64,000 nt of DNA, taken from the NCBI RefSeq assembly GCF_011745625.1, contig NW_027191478.1:1-64000 (forward strand), given 5' to 3'. Shown here in pieces: positions 34,863-48,409 of this stretch. A model generated the notes under the pieces. It had not been told where the DNA came from and searched no databases. It saw only the letters and a program-made list of their open reading frames with translations. Numbering within the stretch: the first letter of the stretch is position 1; every line of letters starts with the position of its first letter. Source of the stretch: Cladosporium halotolerans. Lineage: Eukaryota. The position numbers were made by a program, and so were the translations under genes.

Positions 34863-37800
34863 TTACATAACCCTCCCAGCAGCCTTCAGCGCCAGTGTCT
34901 TCCTCGCCAGCGCCGCAAAATCCATCTTGGCGTCATCTTTGGGCATGTGCTCGCCCGATGCGATGCAGTGCACTTTCATTTTCGGATGGTACTCAAGGCC
35001 GCTGAGGAGTTTGGGCGTGATGAGGAAGTACTGGCTACCGCCGCGGCCGTCTTCGCGTGCGGCAGCACAGGCGATGTTGACCAGGCGAGAATGAACGAGG
35101 CTGAGTCGATGTTAGTTTGTGATATTCAGATGGTCGTTGGGGGCAATTTGGAGGGATGCAAATGGAAACTGACCGTTCGTTGCGAGGATCCATGCCCTGG
35201 TTAATCTCGTCGACGAGTCGGAAGGGTGCTCTTGCTAGGCTTTGCAGGGCCATAAGGTAGAAGATCGTAGAGACGGCGCGCTCGCCACCGGACTGGCGAT
35301 GCGAATCGAGGACTGAAAGAGGCTCGTTCTCGCTGTGATAAGAGGTTAGTGTATGCTCATTAACCCACTGTCACGAATCTTTACCGAAACTTGACCCTGA
35401 TCTGAATCGCCCACTGTTCGAAGTCTTCATCCTTGTGCACGCCGACCTCGCCGGCACACTGGATTTTGGCGAAGTTCTCTGCAAACGCCTCGCTGATATT
35501 GCTAACCAGAGCATCGAGCTGCGGCTCCCATTGACTTTTGATCCCTTCAATAGAAGTCTGCAGCTCTTGTAGCGCTGCCTCCGCGGTCGTAAGCTTGCCG
35601 CGATCCCTCTCAATCTTCCTCGCGCGATCCTCGAACTCCGCGATGATGCCCGCATTGCCACCGGTAGTCATCTCAAGCCTCGCCTCCGCCGACTGGATCA
35701 GAGTCTCCAGCTCATCCGGGCTCAGCTTCTTCACCTCCTCCATGATCTCGTCCTCTTGATCCGTCAACTCGCTGTCGCCAATCGCATCAGCGCACATCTT
35801 CTGCAAGCGCTGGCCCTCCCTCAGCAACTCAGCCGTTTCCCTCTCGCACTGCTCGACCGCGGCCTGCGCTTCCGCCAAACGCGTCCGCTCAGCCTCATGC
35901 CGCGCCTGTAACTGCGTGAGATCCGACTGCGCCTCGATCTTCATGATCTCCGCCTCCAAGAGCTGCATATAGACGCCTCGCAGCGTCTCGATTGAATTGC
36001 CGTAATTCAAAGCCAGCTGGCCCTTCTCGATGGCGAGCCTGTCGCCCCTAGCGACGATCTCCTGCTGGCTATCCCTGTGCTGGCGAATCTGCACCTGCGC
36101 GTCGTGCAGCTTCCTCTGCGCGGCGTCGAGCTTAGCCGGCAGGCCCTGGAACTGCGCGAGAGCCGCTTGCTTCTGGTTCTTCTCTTGCTCGAGCTCTTTC
36201 TTCGCTTCCGCGACCAGTTTCTTGTGATCTTGATATTCCTTTTCACGGGCGCGCAAGTCGGTCATTTCACGCTGGATTTCTTCCATCTCGACCTCAGCCT
36301 CCCTGACTTTGCGTTTGAGCTCATCTTCTGCGCGGCGGTCTACAGGAGCGTTTGTGAAGAATCGAGCAGGTCGAAGCGCAACCACGCGCGTAGAGGTGGC
36401 GTGGTCGCCGTATTCTCTGCGTCGGGTGACTTGGTAACTCTGGGTGCTCGTTACCCAAGAGCTGATTGGGCTTCGGGATAGCGCATCGTGCTGGTTCGGC
36501 GGGACGTCGCGCGAGGTATAGGCAGTCGCGTGGATGTTCCTGTTGTCGCACAGCATGGCCAGAACCTCATCCGGGCCGTCCAGAAGGTCGATGATCCAGC
36601 CTTCAAGCCCGAACGTGTGTAGCTGATCCGCGGAACATGGTGACTGGTAAGAGGCAAGGGGAACGGAAGGTGCTGATCTAATGTTGATATCGGTCAGGCC
36701 CATTACGGTGTATAACTGCCTCTGCAGAAGGTTGAAATCCTCCCTGCATGTGACCGAAAAGGCCAGCAATTCGGATTGTGTGATCATAGTCTCGACCGCA
36801 GCAGCCAGTCTCGGGTCCTTGATCGAGCATTCTAAGATCGCAGGACCGAACACTTTGCCTTTGAATTGATCTTGGTTCGATTGAATCCAGTCCCAAGCCT
36901 TTGCTGCGTCTCCATTTCTGGACGCATTGCGTAGCTTGTTCGCTTGTTGTCCAGCTTGCGATTGAAGATGGGCCATTTCCTGTTCTGCGCGCTGAATGAT
37001 CGTCTGTCTTTGCCGACCCTGCTGCTGCAACGTAGCATGTTCGTCTCGCCAATCGTTGATCTTGTCATCGAGCCCTCGAATCTGACGGCTCTTGTCTCGG
37101 AGCTCCTCGTTCATAGCGGCGGTGTCAATCTGCTCTGGAGGGTTTTCCATCGCCGTCTTCAAAGTCTGGATCAGACGGTTGTGCTCTGGAATCCTTTGCT
37201 TCGTCTGCTTGATACTGTTCCTACCAGCCTCAAGCTCGCCAGCAATGCCCTCGAGGTCGCCCGTCACTTTCTCGAAATCTTGGTGAATCTTGTCCGTGTT
37301 GGCCTGCATTCGATCAACAGTTCGTTGCCGTTGTTTGACGAGCTTGTCGACGGAAAGGAGGTAGTCCTGCTTCTCATTCGCAGCCCGTAAGTTTGGCTCC
37401 ATCTGCCGCTCGAGCCGCCTGTGATCCCGCTGCGCCTCTTTCTTGCGCTCTTTCGCCTCCGTATGCCTGTCCTTGGCCACCTTGTAAGCCGGAAACGGAC
37501 GGAACTTCTCAAAAGCCGCCAGTCGATCTTGCAATTCTGAGCGCTCGCGCAACCGCTCCACATCACCCTGCTGCAATCGCTGACGGTTCTCCAATCGTTC
37601 CAGACCCTCCGTCAGGCGATGGCGTTCATCCTCTTGCATCTTCTGATTCCTTCGCATCTCCTTCAGCTCCTGATGCCACTCGGTCATCTGCTCCGGAGCC
37701 GCCGCGCGTTGAGTCTGCGCCAGCAGCTCGACTGGCGACAGCGCCGCGAACTCTACTACGCGGTCCTGGGGCAGGAACTGGCACAGATTGTCGACCTGGA

Positions 37801-38488
37801 TCGCAAAGCTGCGAGCGAGGTCCATAACCCGCTTCTTGTTCTCCTTTCGCCCATCAATCGAGTACTCCACCTTATTCCCCTCCCTCGATATCTTCGTCGT
37901 GATCACAGGATTCTTTCGCTGTCTCGCCGGGTCGGCCGCCAGTTCGATTTCGATCGTCGCTTTCGAAGCGCCGTGCTTGACGAACTCGCTGATCTCCTTC
38001 GCGCGGCCGAGGTGTTTCGTCTCCCAGCCAAGGCCGAGACAGATCGCGCAGACGAGCGTGCTCTTGCCCGTTCCGTTGGGCCCGATGATCATGTTGAGGT
38101 TCGGCCCAAGAGCGAATTCGGCGTCCGTGTAAGTCACGAAGTCGACCATGCGCACTCGCACGAGCGAGCCGGGTTGGTGAGGCTGGGCTGCGGTGCCGTT
38201 TGTCGTTGCGGATTTGCCGTTTGGGCTACGGCGGTAGCTGTCGGGGAGGACGGGAGGCTCTGTCTTTCGAGGAAGTCAGTCTTTCGCCGTGCATGTTGAA
38301 GATCGTAGACTGTGTAGGCATACCTCTGAGCTTGAGCCATCGCTCCCATCGTCGCTGTCTCCGCTACGGCTCAGGCGCGTCCGTTTGTTCTGCGGAGTCG
38401 GCTCGCCGTCGACTGACACTTCATCCTCTTCCTCATCGTCCTCGTATGCGTTTCTGCTCCTCCGTGCAGGAGTGACTCTGCCGGACAT
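34863..38488 (-). CDS. SMC5: Structural maintenance of chromosomes protein 5
   Basis: Introns 38323-38264, 35384-35333, 35173-35101; Walker A GPNGTGKS, VDNLCQFLPQDRV, coiled coils and hinge, signature QSGGER, Walker B VDEINQGMD, QYFLITPKLL. Confidence 0.96.
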
Positions 38489-38793
38489 TTTGCCCAAAGG
38501 TGGTGTGCAAGTGGTGCCTCGCCCGCCCGCAGTGGGATGATCGCCAAAGTTGAAGTCGCGTTCGCGGCGACGCGTGCTGTGAGTGGAAACGCGGGGCTAG
38601 CCAAACGCGGCAATTCACTCTATTTACGGCAGGGTATTGTGAGGCGTCACTTTGTTTCCTCAACAATTAAAAAATAAGAATAAGAAATTCAATCGTGAAG
38701 GGCTAATGTCGCTTTGCATTTTGGACATCGTTGACGCTATATATTACATTGTTGCAATAGATCCCCTTCGCAATTCAAAAAAAAGGCACTGAT

Positions 38794-40477
38794 TTATTTC
38801 TTCTCCTTGGGCGCAACCATCAGCTCAGGACGGACTGTCTTGTCGAAGTCCTCCTCGCTGAGAGCCTTCAGCTCCATGGCGCTCTCCTTGAGGGTGAGAC
38901 CCTTCTTGTGGGCGTTCTTGGCGACCTTGCTGGCCATGTCGTAGCCGATGATGGGGTTCAGGCAAGTGACAAGCATGAGAGACTCGTTGAGCAGGGAGTT
39001 GATGCGGCGCTCGTCGGCCTCGAGACCGTCGATCAGGTGGGTGCGGAAGCTGGTCATGCCGTCCGCGAGGAGGCGGGAAGAGTGGAGGAGGTTGGAGATC
39101 ATGACGGGCTTGAAGACGTTGAGCTCGAAGTTACCCTGGGAGCCAGCGAAGGTGACGGCAGCGTTGTTGCCGAAGACCTGGGTGCACAGCATGGTCAGGG
39201 ACTCGCACTGAGTGGGGTTGACCTTGCCAGGCATGATGGAGCTGCCAGGCTCGTTCTCAGGAAGCTTGAGCTCGGCAAGACCACAGCGAGGACCGGAGCC
39301 GAGGAAACGGATGTCCTGAGCGATCTTGAAGAGGGAGGTGGCGAGGACGTTGAGCTGGCCGTGAGCCTCGACGATGGCATCGTGGGCGGCGAGCGCCTCG
39401 AATTTGTTAGGAGCAGTGATGAACTGGGTGCCAGTCATCTTGGTGACCTCCTCAGCAATGCCCTCGGCGAAGCCCTTGAAGCTGTTAAGGCCAGTGCCGA
39501 CTGCAGTACCACCCTGGGCGAGCATGCGCAGACGAGGCAGAGCAGACTCAACACGCTCAATGCCGTACTCGAGCTGGGTGACGTAGCCAGAGAACTCCTG
39601 ACCGAGAGTCAGAGGGGTGGCATCCTGCAAGTGGGTACGGCCGATCTTGATGATCTTCTCGAACTGCTGGCTCTTGGCCTTGATGGCGTCCTTGAGGGCT
39701 CTCAGGGACGGCAGAAGGGACTGCTCAATGTCGAGAACGGCGGCAATGTGCATGACGGTGGGGAAAGTGTCGTTCGAGGAGGCACCCATGTTGACGTGGT
39801 CGTTGGGGTGGACGGGCTTCTTGCTGCCCATTGTGCCGCCCAGAATCTCGATGGCACGGTTGGAGATGACCTCGTTGGCGTTCATGTTGGACTGAGTGCC
39901 AGAGCCGGTCTGCCAGACGACCAGAGGGAAGTGGTCGACCAGCTTCAGAGACGCGACCTCCTCAGCAGCCTGCTGGATGGCCTTGCCCAGCTTGGGGTCT
40001 GCAGTTCCCTCGTATCAGCGATTCCGTCCTGTCTTTCTGGATGCGCCTGGATGCGCCTGGTTGTCCATTTCACCTACCGAGACCATACTTCATGTTGACA
40101 GTTGCCGCAGCGCCCTTCAGGATACCGAAGGCCTTGATGACAGGCGGCTGCATGCGATCCTGAGGCTGGTTGATCTTGAAGTTGCCCAGCGAGCGCTGGG
40201 TCTGGGCTCCCCAGTACTTGTCGGACTCGACCTGGATCTCGCCGAAGGCATCGCTCTCGGCTCTGGTGTTGGCGGCCATCTTGGTGGTGGTTGCGAATGT
40301 GCGGGCTTTGCTCAGGGCAGCGGTGGACTGGTTGTTGAGGACGGCGGGGCGGTAGACAGAGCGAGGAGAGGTGACATAGCTCCGTCGCGCAGCGACTGCG
40401 GGGATAGACGCAGCTTTCGTGCTGCAGAGGCGCAGCTCTGAGGTGAGAGTGGAGCGGGGAATTGCGCTACGCAACAT
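38794..40477 (-). CDS. FUM1: Fumarate hydratase class II, mitochondrial precursor
   Basis: Exons 40477-40078 and 39998-38794; R/S-rich presequence, [19 protein letters not shown], signature [11 protein letters not shown]. Confidence 0.97.
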
Positions 40478-41698
40478 GGTGGATGTCGGCCAGGGCGATG
40501 GGGGAGGAGATGGACCGAGGAGGGAAGATCGCGGCGAATGAAGTGAATGCCAATGGATCCCAGGGAAAGGAAGCTGCGATGCCGCGGGATCGGGTCGGGA
40601 TGTTGCGGAGGAGCAGACCATCCCCGTGGCAAAGTGCCGACCCCAAACATCGCGCAGTGCGCGGCAGCATCGTCAACAGCTTGACGGAGATGCTAGGCAC
40701 AGTGTAGAACTCGTTGAGAGTGTGCTGTGCTGTATTATTATGAATACATGATGCCCACAGCGCCCCGTTTCGCGTGCCTGTCCTTCGCTTATTATTATAC
40801 GGGGATATTCTGGTTGCCCTCCACGATTGATAAGATCATTCTCGGGGAATGTATCTAACGGATCGCGCAATGCACCAAGACCCTGACGATACTGTGATAT
40901 CAAGATAGTATATTATTTGATGACGGGTGATCAAAGACTCGTGCACGACTTGCTGTTCTTTCCTCTAAACAACAGAAATCGGGGCGACCATGCCTCTTCA
41001 GTCCGAGCCTGGGGCGGCGAAACACAAGCATTTGCGCAGGAGCTAGTTCGAACGATCGTCTCAAAACGCCGCGGAATCCCAACTGCATCGAAAATGTGCG
41101 ACCGACCTTTCGGTGCGGCAACTACGGAACCTCGTCAGAAAGACGTTCGTCGTGTATTAACTTGACGGTATTCTTTCGGTGGTTCGGAAATTTGTGAGAC
41201 AGCCCGTGTCGTGCTGAGACGAGTATCATGCTCGTCTGACAGATTTATTACAACATATCTATAACAAAGTACACGGATGTCGATCGACTTGAGGGCTTCG
41301 AGGGGTTGATCAGACCATAGCGTGCATCAGCGTCGGCCAAGATATGCATGATGCCCGATATCCTACGTGCATTCCGGAAGATATATAGGAAGTTGATCGT
41401 ACAAAACGCACATCAAGAAAGCAATCGTCTCATCAATCTTGGTGTCTCTGCACTTTTGAGAGCGTCCCGCGAACCTGCATCCTGGAGGGACGTGCCGGGC
41501 GGCTGATGGATTCTAGAAAGTTGAAGTCCCTGAAGCACCGAGGGCGCGCTGACATCAACTCGTCGCCCGCTCTCTTCCTCTCCATCTCACTCCACCTCTC
41601 AATCCAACTGATTTCCCGTCTTTCTATCGATAAATCAACTACCTTCGCTCCCGACACATCACTGCATCGCCTCGAAGCGATCCGTCAACAGGCGCAAC

Positions 41699-43294
41699 AT
41701 GCTCTCCTCCCGCGCCGCCAGCCAGCTGGCTCCTCTGGTCCTCAGGAACGGAGCGCGCGCCGCTGTCCAGCGCCAGGCTCGCCTCCCTAGACAATCCTCC
41801 GCCATCGTCGCTCTCGTTTCGCACAGATTCAACTCGACGGAGACATCAAATCGTACCGGGGATGGCAACTACCCTCCTCCCGGATTCAACGCCCAGCAGG
41901 CGAAGAAGCCTCTAGAGCAGAAGCCCGCGGCGTCCCAGCCCAAGAAAGCCGACGAATCTTCGAGCCCGCCTGATGTCAGCATTCCCGCCTCGCAACCGAC
42001 TGAGAACCCTCCGACTACATCCGAGGAGACCCAGACTCTGGACACTCTCGCGGCTGAGCAGAAGGCTCACGAGAAGGCGGCTGTGAAGAAGGAGGAGGAG
42101 AAGAAGAACCTGACTTTGAGGCAGAGGATCATGAAGGAGGTCCACCATTACTGGGATGGCACAAAACTGCTCGGCACTGAGATCAGAATCTCCAGCAAGC
42201 TTGCCCTGAAGATGGGTGCAGGATACGAGCTCACAAGGAGAGAGCACAGGCAGCTTCAGCGCACCGTCGTTGACTTGGGTCGCCTGGTGCCTTTCTCCAT
42301 GTTCGTGCTCGTCCCCTTTGCTGAGCTGCTGCTCCCTGTCGCGCTCAAGCTGTTCCCCAACATGCTTCCTAGCACCTACGAAGACTCCAAGAGCAAGGAG
42401 GGCAAGGCCATGCGTCTGAGGTCGTCAAGAAAGGAAGTTTCCACCTTCCTCCGCCAGACCCTTCGCGAGAGTGGTATCCCCATCAGCGCAGCGAACCTGC
42501 AGAAGCAAGAATTCACCGAGTTCTTCCGCAAGATCCGCACCACCGGCGAGCAGCCCACCAAAGCCGACGTCGTCAAGGTCTGCAAGCTCTTCAAGGATGA
42601 CCTGACTCTGGACAACCTGTCGCGTCCCCAGCTTGTCGGAATCTGCAGGTACATGAGCCTGTCCACCTTCGGCACCGACGCCATGCTCCGCTACACCGTC
42701 CGCCACCGCATGCGTCAAATTAAGCGTGACGACCGCGCCATCTCCTACGAGGGCGTCGACTCCCTCTCCGTCCCCGAACTCCAGACCGCCTGCGCCTCCC
42801 GCGGCCTCCGCACCTACGGCATGTCGCCCGCGCGCCTGCGTGACGACCTGACCCTCTGGCTCGACCTGCGTCTCAAGTACGGCGTGCCTTCTACTCTTCT
42901 CGTCCTCAGCAACGCCTTCATGTACACGCAGGGCAAGGAAGCCGAGTTCGACTCGCTGCTTGACGCTCTGCAGGCCGTCCTCAGCTCCATCCCCGAGGAG
43001 CTCTTCCACGAGATCGAGCTGGAGGTGCACAACGCCGAGGGCGCCGCCACCAACAAGCAGCGTCTGGAGGTCCTCAAGGAGCAGCAGGAGCTGATCCAGG
43101 AGGAGGCCGAGCAGAGCGCTGAGCGCGGCGGCGAGCAAGTCCCCAGCGACAGGGAAGACATCGACGAAGGCGAGGAGGAGGTCAAGAAGCAGGAGAATGC
43201 CATGGCTTCCTCCAGCGCCGCAGACCAGACGAGGGAGAACCAGGAGCAGCAGAAGAGCGCGGAGAACTCCACCGAGGAGTCCAAGAAGGCTTAA
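41699..43294 (+). CDS. MDM38: LETM1/Mdm38 mitochondrial inner membrane protein
   Basis: Presequence; HYWDGTKLL, RLVPFSMFVLVPFAELLLPVALKLFPNMLPSTY, DDLTLDNLSRPQL. Confidence 0.95.
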   Translation: MLSSRAASQLAPLVLRNGARAAVQRQARLPRQSSAIVALVSHRFNSTETSNRTGDGNYPPPGFNAQQAKKPLEQKPAASQPKKADESSSPPDVSIPASQPTENPPTTSEETQTLDTLAAEQKAHEKAAVKKEEEKKNLTLRQRIMKEVHHYWDGTKLLGTEIRISSKLALKMGAGYELTRREHRQLQRTVVDLGRLVPFSMFVLVPFAELLLPVALKLFPNMLPSTYEDSKSKEGKAMRLRSSRKEVSTFLRQTLRESGIPISAANLQKQEFTEFFRKIRTTGEQPTKADVVKVCKLFKDDLTLDNLSRPQLVGICRYMSLSTFGTDAMLRYTVRHRMRQIKRDDRAISYEGVDSLSVPELQTACASRGLRTYGMSPARLRDDLTLWLDLRLKYGVPSTLLVLSNAFMYTQGKEAEFDSLLDALQAVLSSIPEELFHEIELEVHNAEGAATNKQRLEVLKEQQELIQEEAEQSAERGGEQVPSDREDIDEGEEEVKKQENAMASSSAADQTRENQEQQKSAENSTEESKKA

Positions 43295-43974
43295 GCTTTC
43301 CTCTTCGGTTGACATTGTAAGATTAAGATGTGGAAGCGGTGTGTGCCCATTGCTGGGCTAGACGATAGATACGTCTCGTTTGTTTTACCACTTGTACTGC
43401 ATAGCTGGATGGCGTTGGGGAGCTTGTTGGAAAGGAAAGGGAAAGGGAAAGGGAAGACGGCAACAACAAATCTTCACGAATATGGCCCCTTTCGACATTC
43501 GCGTGGAAGTCGCGTAAGAAAGAAAAGTAGAGATTCGCTTCGAGGGTGCCAAGGGCGCGGATGGAGAGGACTGATCGCTGCTCAGATGATGCCTTTATTG
43601 TATAAAAAGAAACTTATCCTGAACTTCAGATCATCTCTGTGCTCTGTTGAGTGAGCACGCTCATTCTTCACGGCATTGCGACTGTTTTTTACGCCTGATC
43701 TTCGGCGTACCACAACAGCTCCTGGAATATTGCGAGGCTGCGTCGCGTACCGAGACCCGGGCAGCATCAAGACCCCAGGCTACCTTCAAGGGTGATCAAG
43801 CCTTGATTCTAGGTATCCGGTGTCGCTCACCATTCAAGCTCAGCTGGAAGGAACTAAATCTGATGAAAATTACACATCAGATCATGACAAACAATAGATA
43901 TTCAAGTCTCGCGCAGCCTTCAGCATCTTGCTCTATCTGTTCCGACGCAGAATCGATTTCAGTTCCATTTCCAT

Positions 43975-44991
43975 CTACAATCGCTCTCTCCTCTTGCTCA
44001 CGTGGGCTGACCCCCTGACCAAAGCACCGTCCTCGATCCCCTTTCGAAGCGCAGCCGAGCCAAATTCGCCGCCCAGATCGTCTCCCAGATCGACGGGCCC
44101 GCCTTGCCAGATGCCCACAGCGCGGCCGTGGACAGATTCGTCCGACATGAACCGCAGCACCGCAGCTTGGACGTCCTCGAGGGCGGCAAACTTGATTCCG
44201 ATCTGTTGCAGCTGGGGGACGCGGTGCGCGGTCAACGGCTTGGGGACGAAGTAGGGAGCGACGAGGTTGACGCGCACCGGACACGAGGCGGACTTTGCGT
44301 CGTCGAGAAGGCTGCGGAAGAGGCCGCGCACGCCCCATTTCGAGGCCGTGTAGTCGGAGCGCAGCGACATCCCCGAGTACCCGGCTAAGCTCGACAATAA
44401 TGTGATGGATTTGTCGCCCTTGTCGGCGAGATGCAGTCCGAGGCCGTACTTCATTGCCGCAGATACGGTGTAGAGGCTGCCGATCACACTGACGTTGATG
44501 CTGAGCGACTTGGGCGGTTTCGATGGAGCGTTGCGTTCGAGGAAATCGTCAGGGTGTTCGGGCGTGAGATCCAGCTCTTCGCTCTCTATGCCAGCGCTGC
44601 ATACTACGTGGTCGATAGTGCGTTTGTTGTCGAGTGTTCGGAGCCAGGTGAGAGCCATTCGGAAGAGCTCCGTGACCGAGTCCCAATTTGTCACGTCCAC
44701 TTGGATGAATTTGGCGGCGCATTCGCCCGAATTGAGAGTCTTCGCCAGTTCTTCGCCCCTGTCGCTGTTCAAGTCGGCGATGATGACTGCGGTGCCTGGA
44801 TATTCGGCAAAAGCCTTCACAAACGACTCTCCGAGTCCGGAAGCTCCTCCAGTGACAAGAAGAGTCTTGCCTTTGAGTGACTGAGTTGCATCACCATTGG
44901 GGTTCGGGAAACCAATAGCCAGGGATCGTTGGGCACTGAGAAATTCATTCATGGCCTCGCCTGATAGCCTGCCGGTGTTCTGAACGACCAT
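43975..44991 (-). CDS. Short-chain dehydrogenase/reductase (classical SDR)
   Basis: VTGGASGLG, IADLN, VDVT, catalytic S..YTASK, RVNLVAPYF. Confidence 0.9.
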   Translation of the reverse strand: MVVQNTGRLSGEAMNEFLSAQRSLAIGFPNPNGDATQSLKGKTLLVTGGASGLGESFVKAFAEYPGTAVIIADLNSDRGEELAKTLNSGECAAKFIQVDVTNWDSVTELFRMALTWLRTLDNKRTIDHVVCSAGIESEELDLTPEHPDDFLERNAPSKPPKSLSINVSVIGSLYTVSAAMKYGLGLHLADKGDKSITLLSSLAGYSGMSLRSDYTASKWGVRGLFRSLLDDAKSASCPVRVNLVAPYFVPKPLTAHRVPQLQQIGIKFAALEDVQAAVLRFMSDESVHGRAVGIWQGGPVDLGDDLGGEFGSAALRKGIEDGALVRGSAHVSKRRERL

Positions 44992-46620
44992 GGTTAAGTG
45001 ATAGAAATGATGTCGGTGTGAATGTATCGACCTGTCAGGGTGTTTCCGTCAATGGTGCGGTTGGGGAGGCCATTACCAATGTTAGCTGCACGCTTCACTT
45101 TAGTACTATGTACGATACTGCGGCCGAGCTGACACGAAGGTACAGCCGGGCGCATCTCACTGCCATCGATCGGGATGCGTCATTGCTTCTTGAGGACTCG
45201 GGACATTTGCGAGAACCAAGTACCAAGCTGCCGGTACTAGCAAGATATGTGGCTCCTGACGTAGTGATGTGCAGAAGAAGCCTGCGAGGTTCTGGAAAAA
45301 ATCACATGTGAAACGTTATCAACCTGACCTTGACTCTCGAGGCATGGTGGTTACTGTGTTGAGCAACCCGAATCGTTCATTTACTCTTTTGGGCAAGTTC
45401 CACCAAGAGGCGGCATGGGCCAGTTTTGTTTTTTGACCTTGGAAGCGGACGTTGACGAGTCGAGATCTTCGCTGCGGCCACGCAGAGATAACGTGCAGTG
45501 CTTCCGTTTTATTGAGGTTGTCGAGCTGGGTCGCATATGTGCCTCTTTGATCTCGACCAGTCAGCGCGCTGGCCAGGCTTCTTTTGTTGGTACTTTGTTG
45601 AATCGCTATCTCGTATCTCCATTTGACGCTCGGCTCTTATGACACGTCAAGATATTGTGGAGTGCTGTACGACGCTCCGATGTCCTGGCACGAGCCGTGA
45701 TTTGCCTCTGGAGAGTCAGTCGGAGCGCATTGACGACGACGGTGGTCCGCGACGAATTTCAGTGGACCGCAGCCAACGTCGATGCTGTGAATGGTATCGT
45801 TCACTGCTTCAGAAGCCGGCGCTGAGTTCAAGCATTCTGCTGCTGCTGGCTCAGAATTCGATACTGTAAGGGTTCCGCATCTCGACGAGCCACAATTCCC
45901 CAACATTGCGAGCGATGTTTTCCGTGTCGTTGTTCCTGGCCAGATGGGACCCAGCATCCCAACCGTCTGGATGGATGCAGATCATCGCGCTTGCGGAGAT
46001 CTGCCGTCCCGCACGCTCTCCCTATCCACTTCTCTCGAACGGCATGACGTCTATCTTTCCCTTTTCAGGCATTCGCAGTACGCTGAGAGGTGTGCCATGC
46101 ACACAGGTTGAGAGGACGGTGTACGCAAGACAACATCAGATTCGCAGCAGCACTGAACATCTCTGGCCCATCGTCATAACTTGTGCACGAGCCTCGAGCC
46201 CACCAAAGCCCGATTCCATCGTGTGCGTTCAGCGAGCAAGGACTGGCTATGATTTTTTCTTGGGGGAGAGACGATCGTACATAAACATTTAGCCAAGGAC
46301 AAGAATCGAGACTTCAACTACAGATTTCACCACGACGCGTTCCGCAGGTCCCAAGAATTCGATCCAGCCTTTACAGTCTATTGCCCCTCGCGTATACATC
46401 GTTCTGTTGACCATCACTTCAGAACGACGACGGAGCTCATCTCCGAAGCTCTTCTAGCCAGTCAGGAAGCCTCCAGATCAGGCATTCGAGCATACCTTTG
46501 CGGTAGTCATCGACACCCTCCTGCTCAACATTTGGCTATTCGAATTCGTCCAGACTTTCAAGGCGCTGGCAAACCGGTCGAACCAAACCCCCGCCTCGCT
46601 CAAGACGGTATCCAAAAACC

Positions 46621-48409
46621 ATGGGTTGGGCACTACCGGCCGCCGCTGCGCTCGTCACGATATGCTGGGTCAGTTCGTTCTGCACTTCACTCCATCGCGC
46701 CTTGCGTTAACGATGAACCGCAGCTATGTGTCAGTTGCACGCGTCAAATCTTCTTCCACCCGCTAAGCCGGTATCCCGGACCTCGAATCGCTGCCTTGAC
46801 GGACTGGTACATCATGTACTTCGTCTGGCGCGGTGACCTGCACATCAAGATCCGGGAATGGCACGAGATCTACGGTAAGGCCGCAATCGAAACGTCCAAC
46901 CGACCAAGCAAGGTCCAGACAAGATCGAGCTGACACTTTCTTTCCCCAGGCGAGGCCGTCCGCACAGGCCCCGACACCGTATCGTACAACTCCGCGACAG
47001 CCAACGAGCAGATCAACGCCGTGCGCGCGAGGACGGTCAAGTCCGACGGGTACCGGTCGATGAGCACGAGCCGGACGACGCCGAACACGATCAGCGCGAT
47101 CGACAAGAAGACGCACAGCTTCAAGCGGCGGATCCAGAGCCAGGTGCTGTCGGAGGCCGGGCTGAAGACGGTGGAGGGGCGCGTCCTGGGCCACGTGCAG
47201 GAGTTCGTCGACTACCTTGGCCCCGATGCGGATGCGCCCATGTCGGAGAAGACGCGGGACGCGGAAGGCTGGGGACCGAGCAGGAACATGTCCGAGGCCT
47301 GCAACTTCATGACGTACAATGTCATTTCGGACCTGTGCTACGGCGAGAGCCTCGACCTGTTCAAAGCCTGCGATCTGCGCTGGTTTCCGGGCGCCGTCGC
47401 CCTGATATCCAGGCGAGTCGTAATGGTAGGAGTGACCTGTTCTTTTATCGATGCGTCGATCCAGACGTCGTGCTTACACGTTATCTCCCAGGGCATGCTG
47501 CATCCCAAATTCAACGCGTGGAAGCTGGACAGGCTGGTCTTCCTGACCAAGCGCTCCAGGATGCTGCACTTGGCAGCGTGGGTGCGCGAGCGAGGCAGCG
47601 CGCGCGCGGCACGCGGCAACGACGTCGAGCAGAGAGACATCTTCTACTCGATGATGAACACGGCGGACCCCAAGACCGGCGGGCACCTGACGTCCAAAGA
47701 CCTCTGGCTCGAAGCGATGATGGTGCTGATAGCCGGATCGGACACGACCTCGACTGCCATGGCCGGCACGCTTCACCATCTCTTGCACAGTCCGCAAGCG
47801 CTGGCCGAAGTCAGCGACGAAGTGCGGTCTCGGTTCGAGACTGCCGAGGATGTCACGCCAGCCCGGGTCGCTGGCTGCAAGTTCGTCCGCGCGTGTATTG
47901 ACGAAGCGATGAGGTTGACGCCGCCCGTGGTCCACGGGCCTCCGCGGAGAGTGGAAGCCGGCGGCGTTGAGGTGAAGGGCGAGTATTTCGGCGAAGGCAC
48001 GATATTGCAAGCCCCGATCTACTCCCTGCACCGGAACGAGGAGTACTTCGAAGCGCCGGACGAGTACAGGCCGTGGAGGTGGATGGTGGAAGGCGACGAT
48101 TTCGACCGCGCGTCAAGAGCCTTCGTTCCGTTCCACGTGGGCCCGTATTCTTGGTAAGCACCCTTTTGAAATCGCCAGCCTGAACAGATACTGACAATGG
48201 TCGTTCCCAGCGTCGGATGGAGGCTTGCCGTCATGGAGCTCACTACGGCTTTGGCCAGGATAGTGTTCTCCTACGACATGCGACTGTCTCCGGGGGCACA
48301 TTGCTGTGGTGGGAAGCCTTCAGCGGGCAGCTGCCCGTATCAAGTGAAAGGCTGGATGACTTCGATCGCTGAGGGACCTGTCGCTCAATTCAAAGCGCGA
48401 TCTTCGTGA
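46621..48409 (+). CDS. Cytochrome P450 monooxygenase
   Basis: Introns 46669-46723, 46875-46949, 47426-47491, 48154-48210; N-terminal TM, HPLSRYPGP, I-helix AGSDTT, EAMR, heme motif FHVGPYS|CVG split by the last intron. Confidence 0.92.

Noticed and set aside
38908..40098. 396-aa + strand ORF antisense to fumarase (likewise 42425-43315, 49759-51087, 53492-55804, 57723-59237)
   Set aside because: These are shadow ORFs produced by strong GC3 codon bias of the real genes on the opposite strand; they have no domain motifs.
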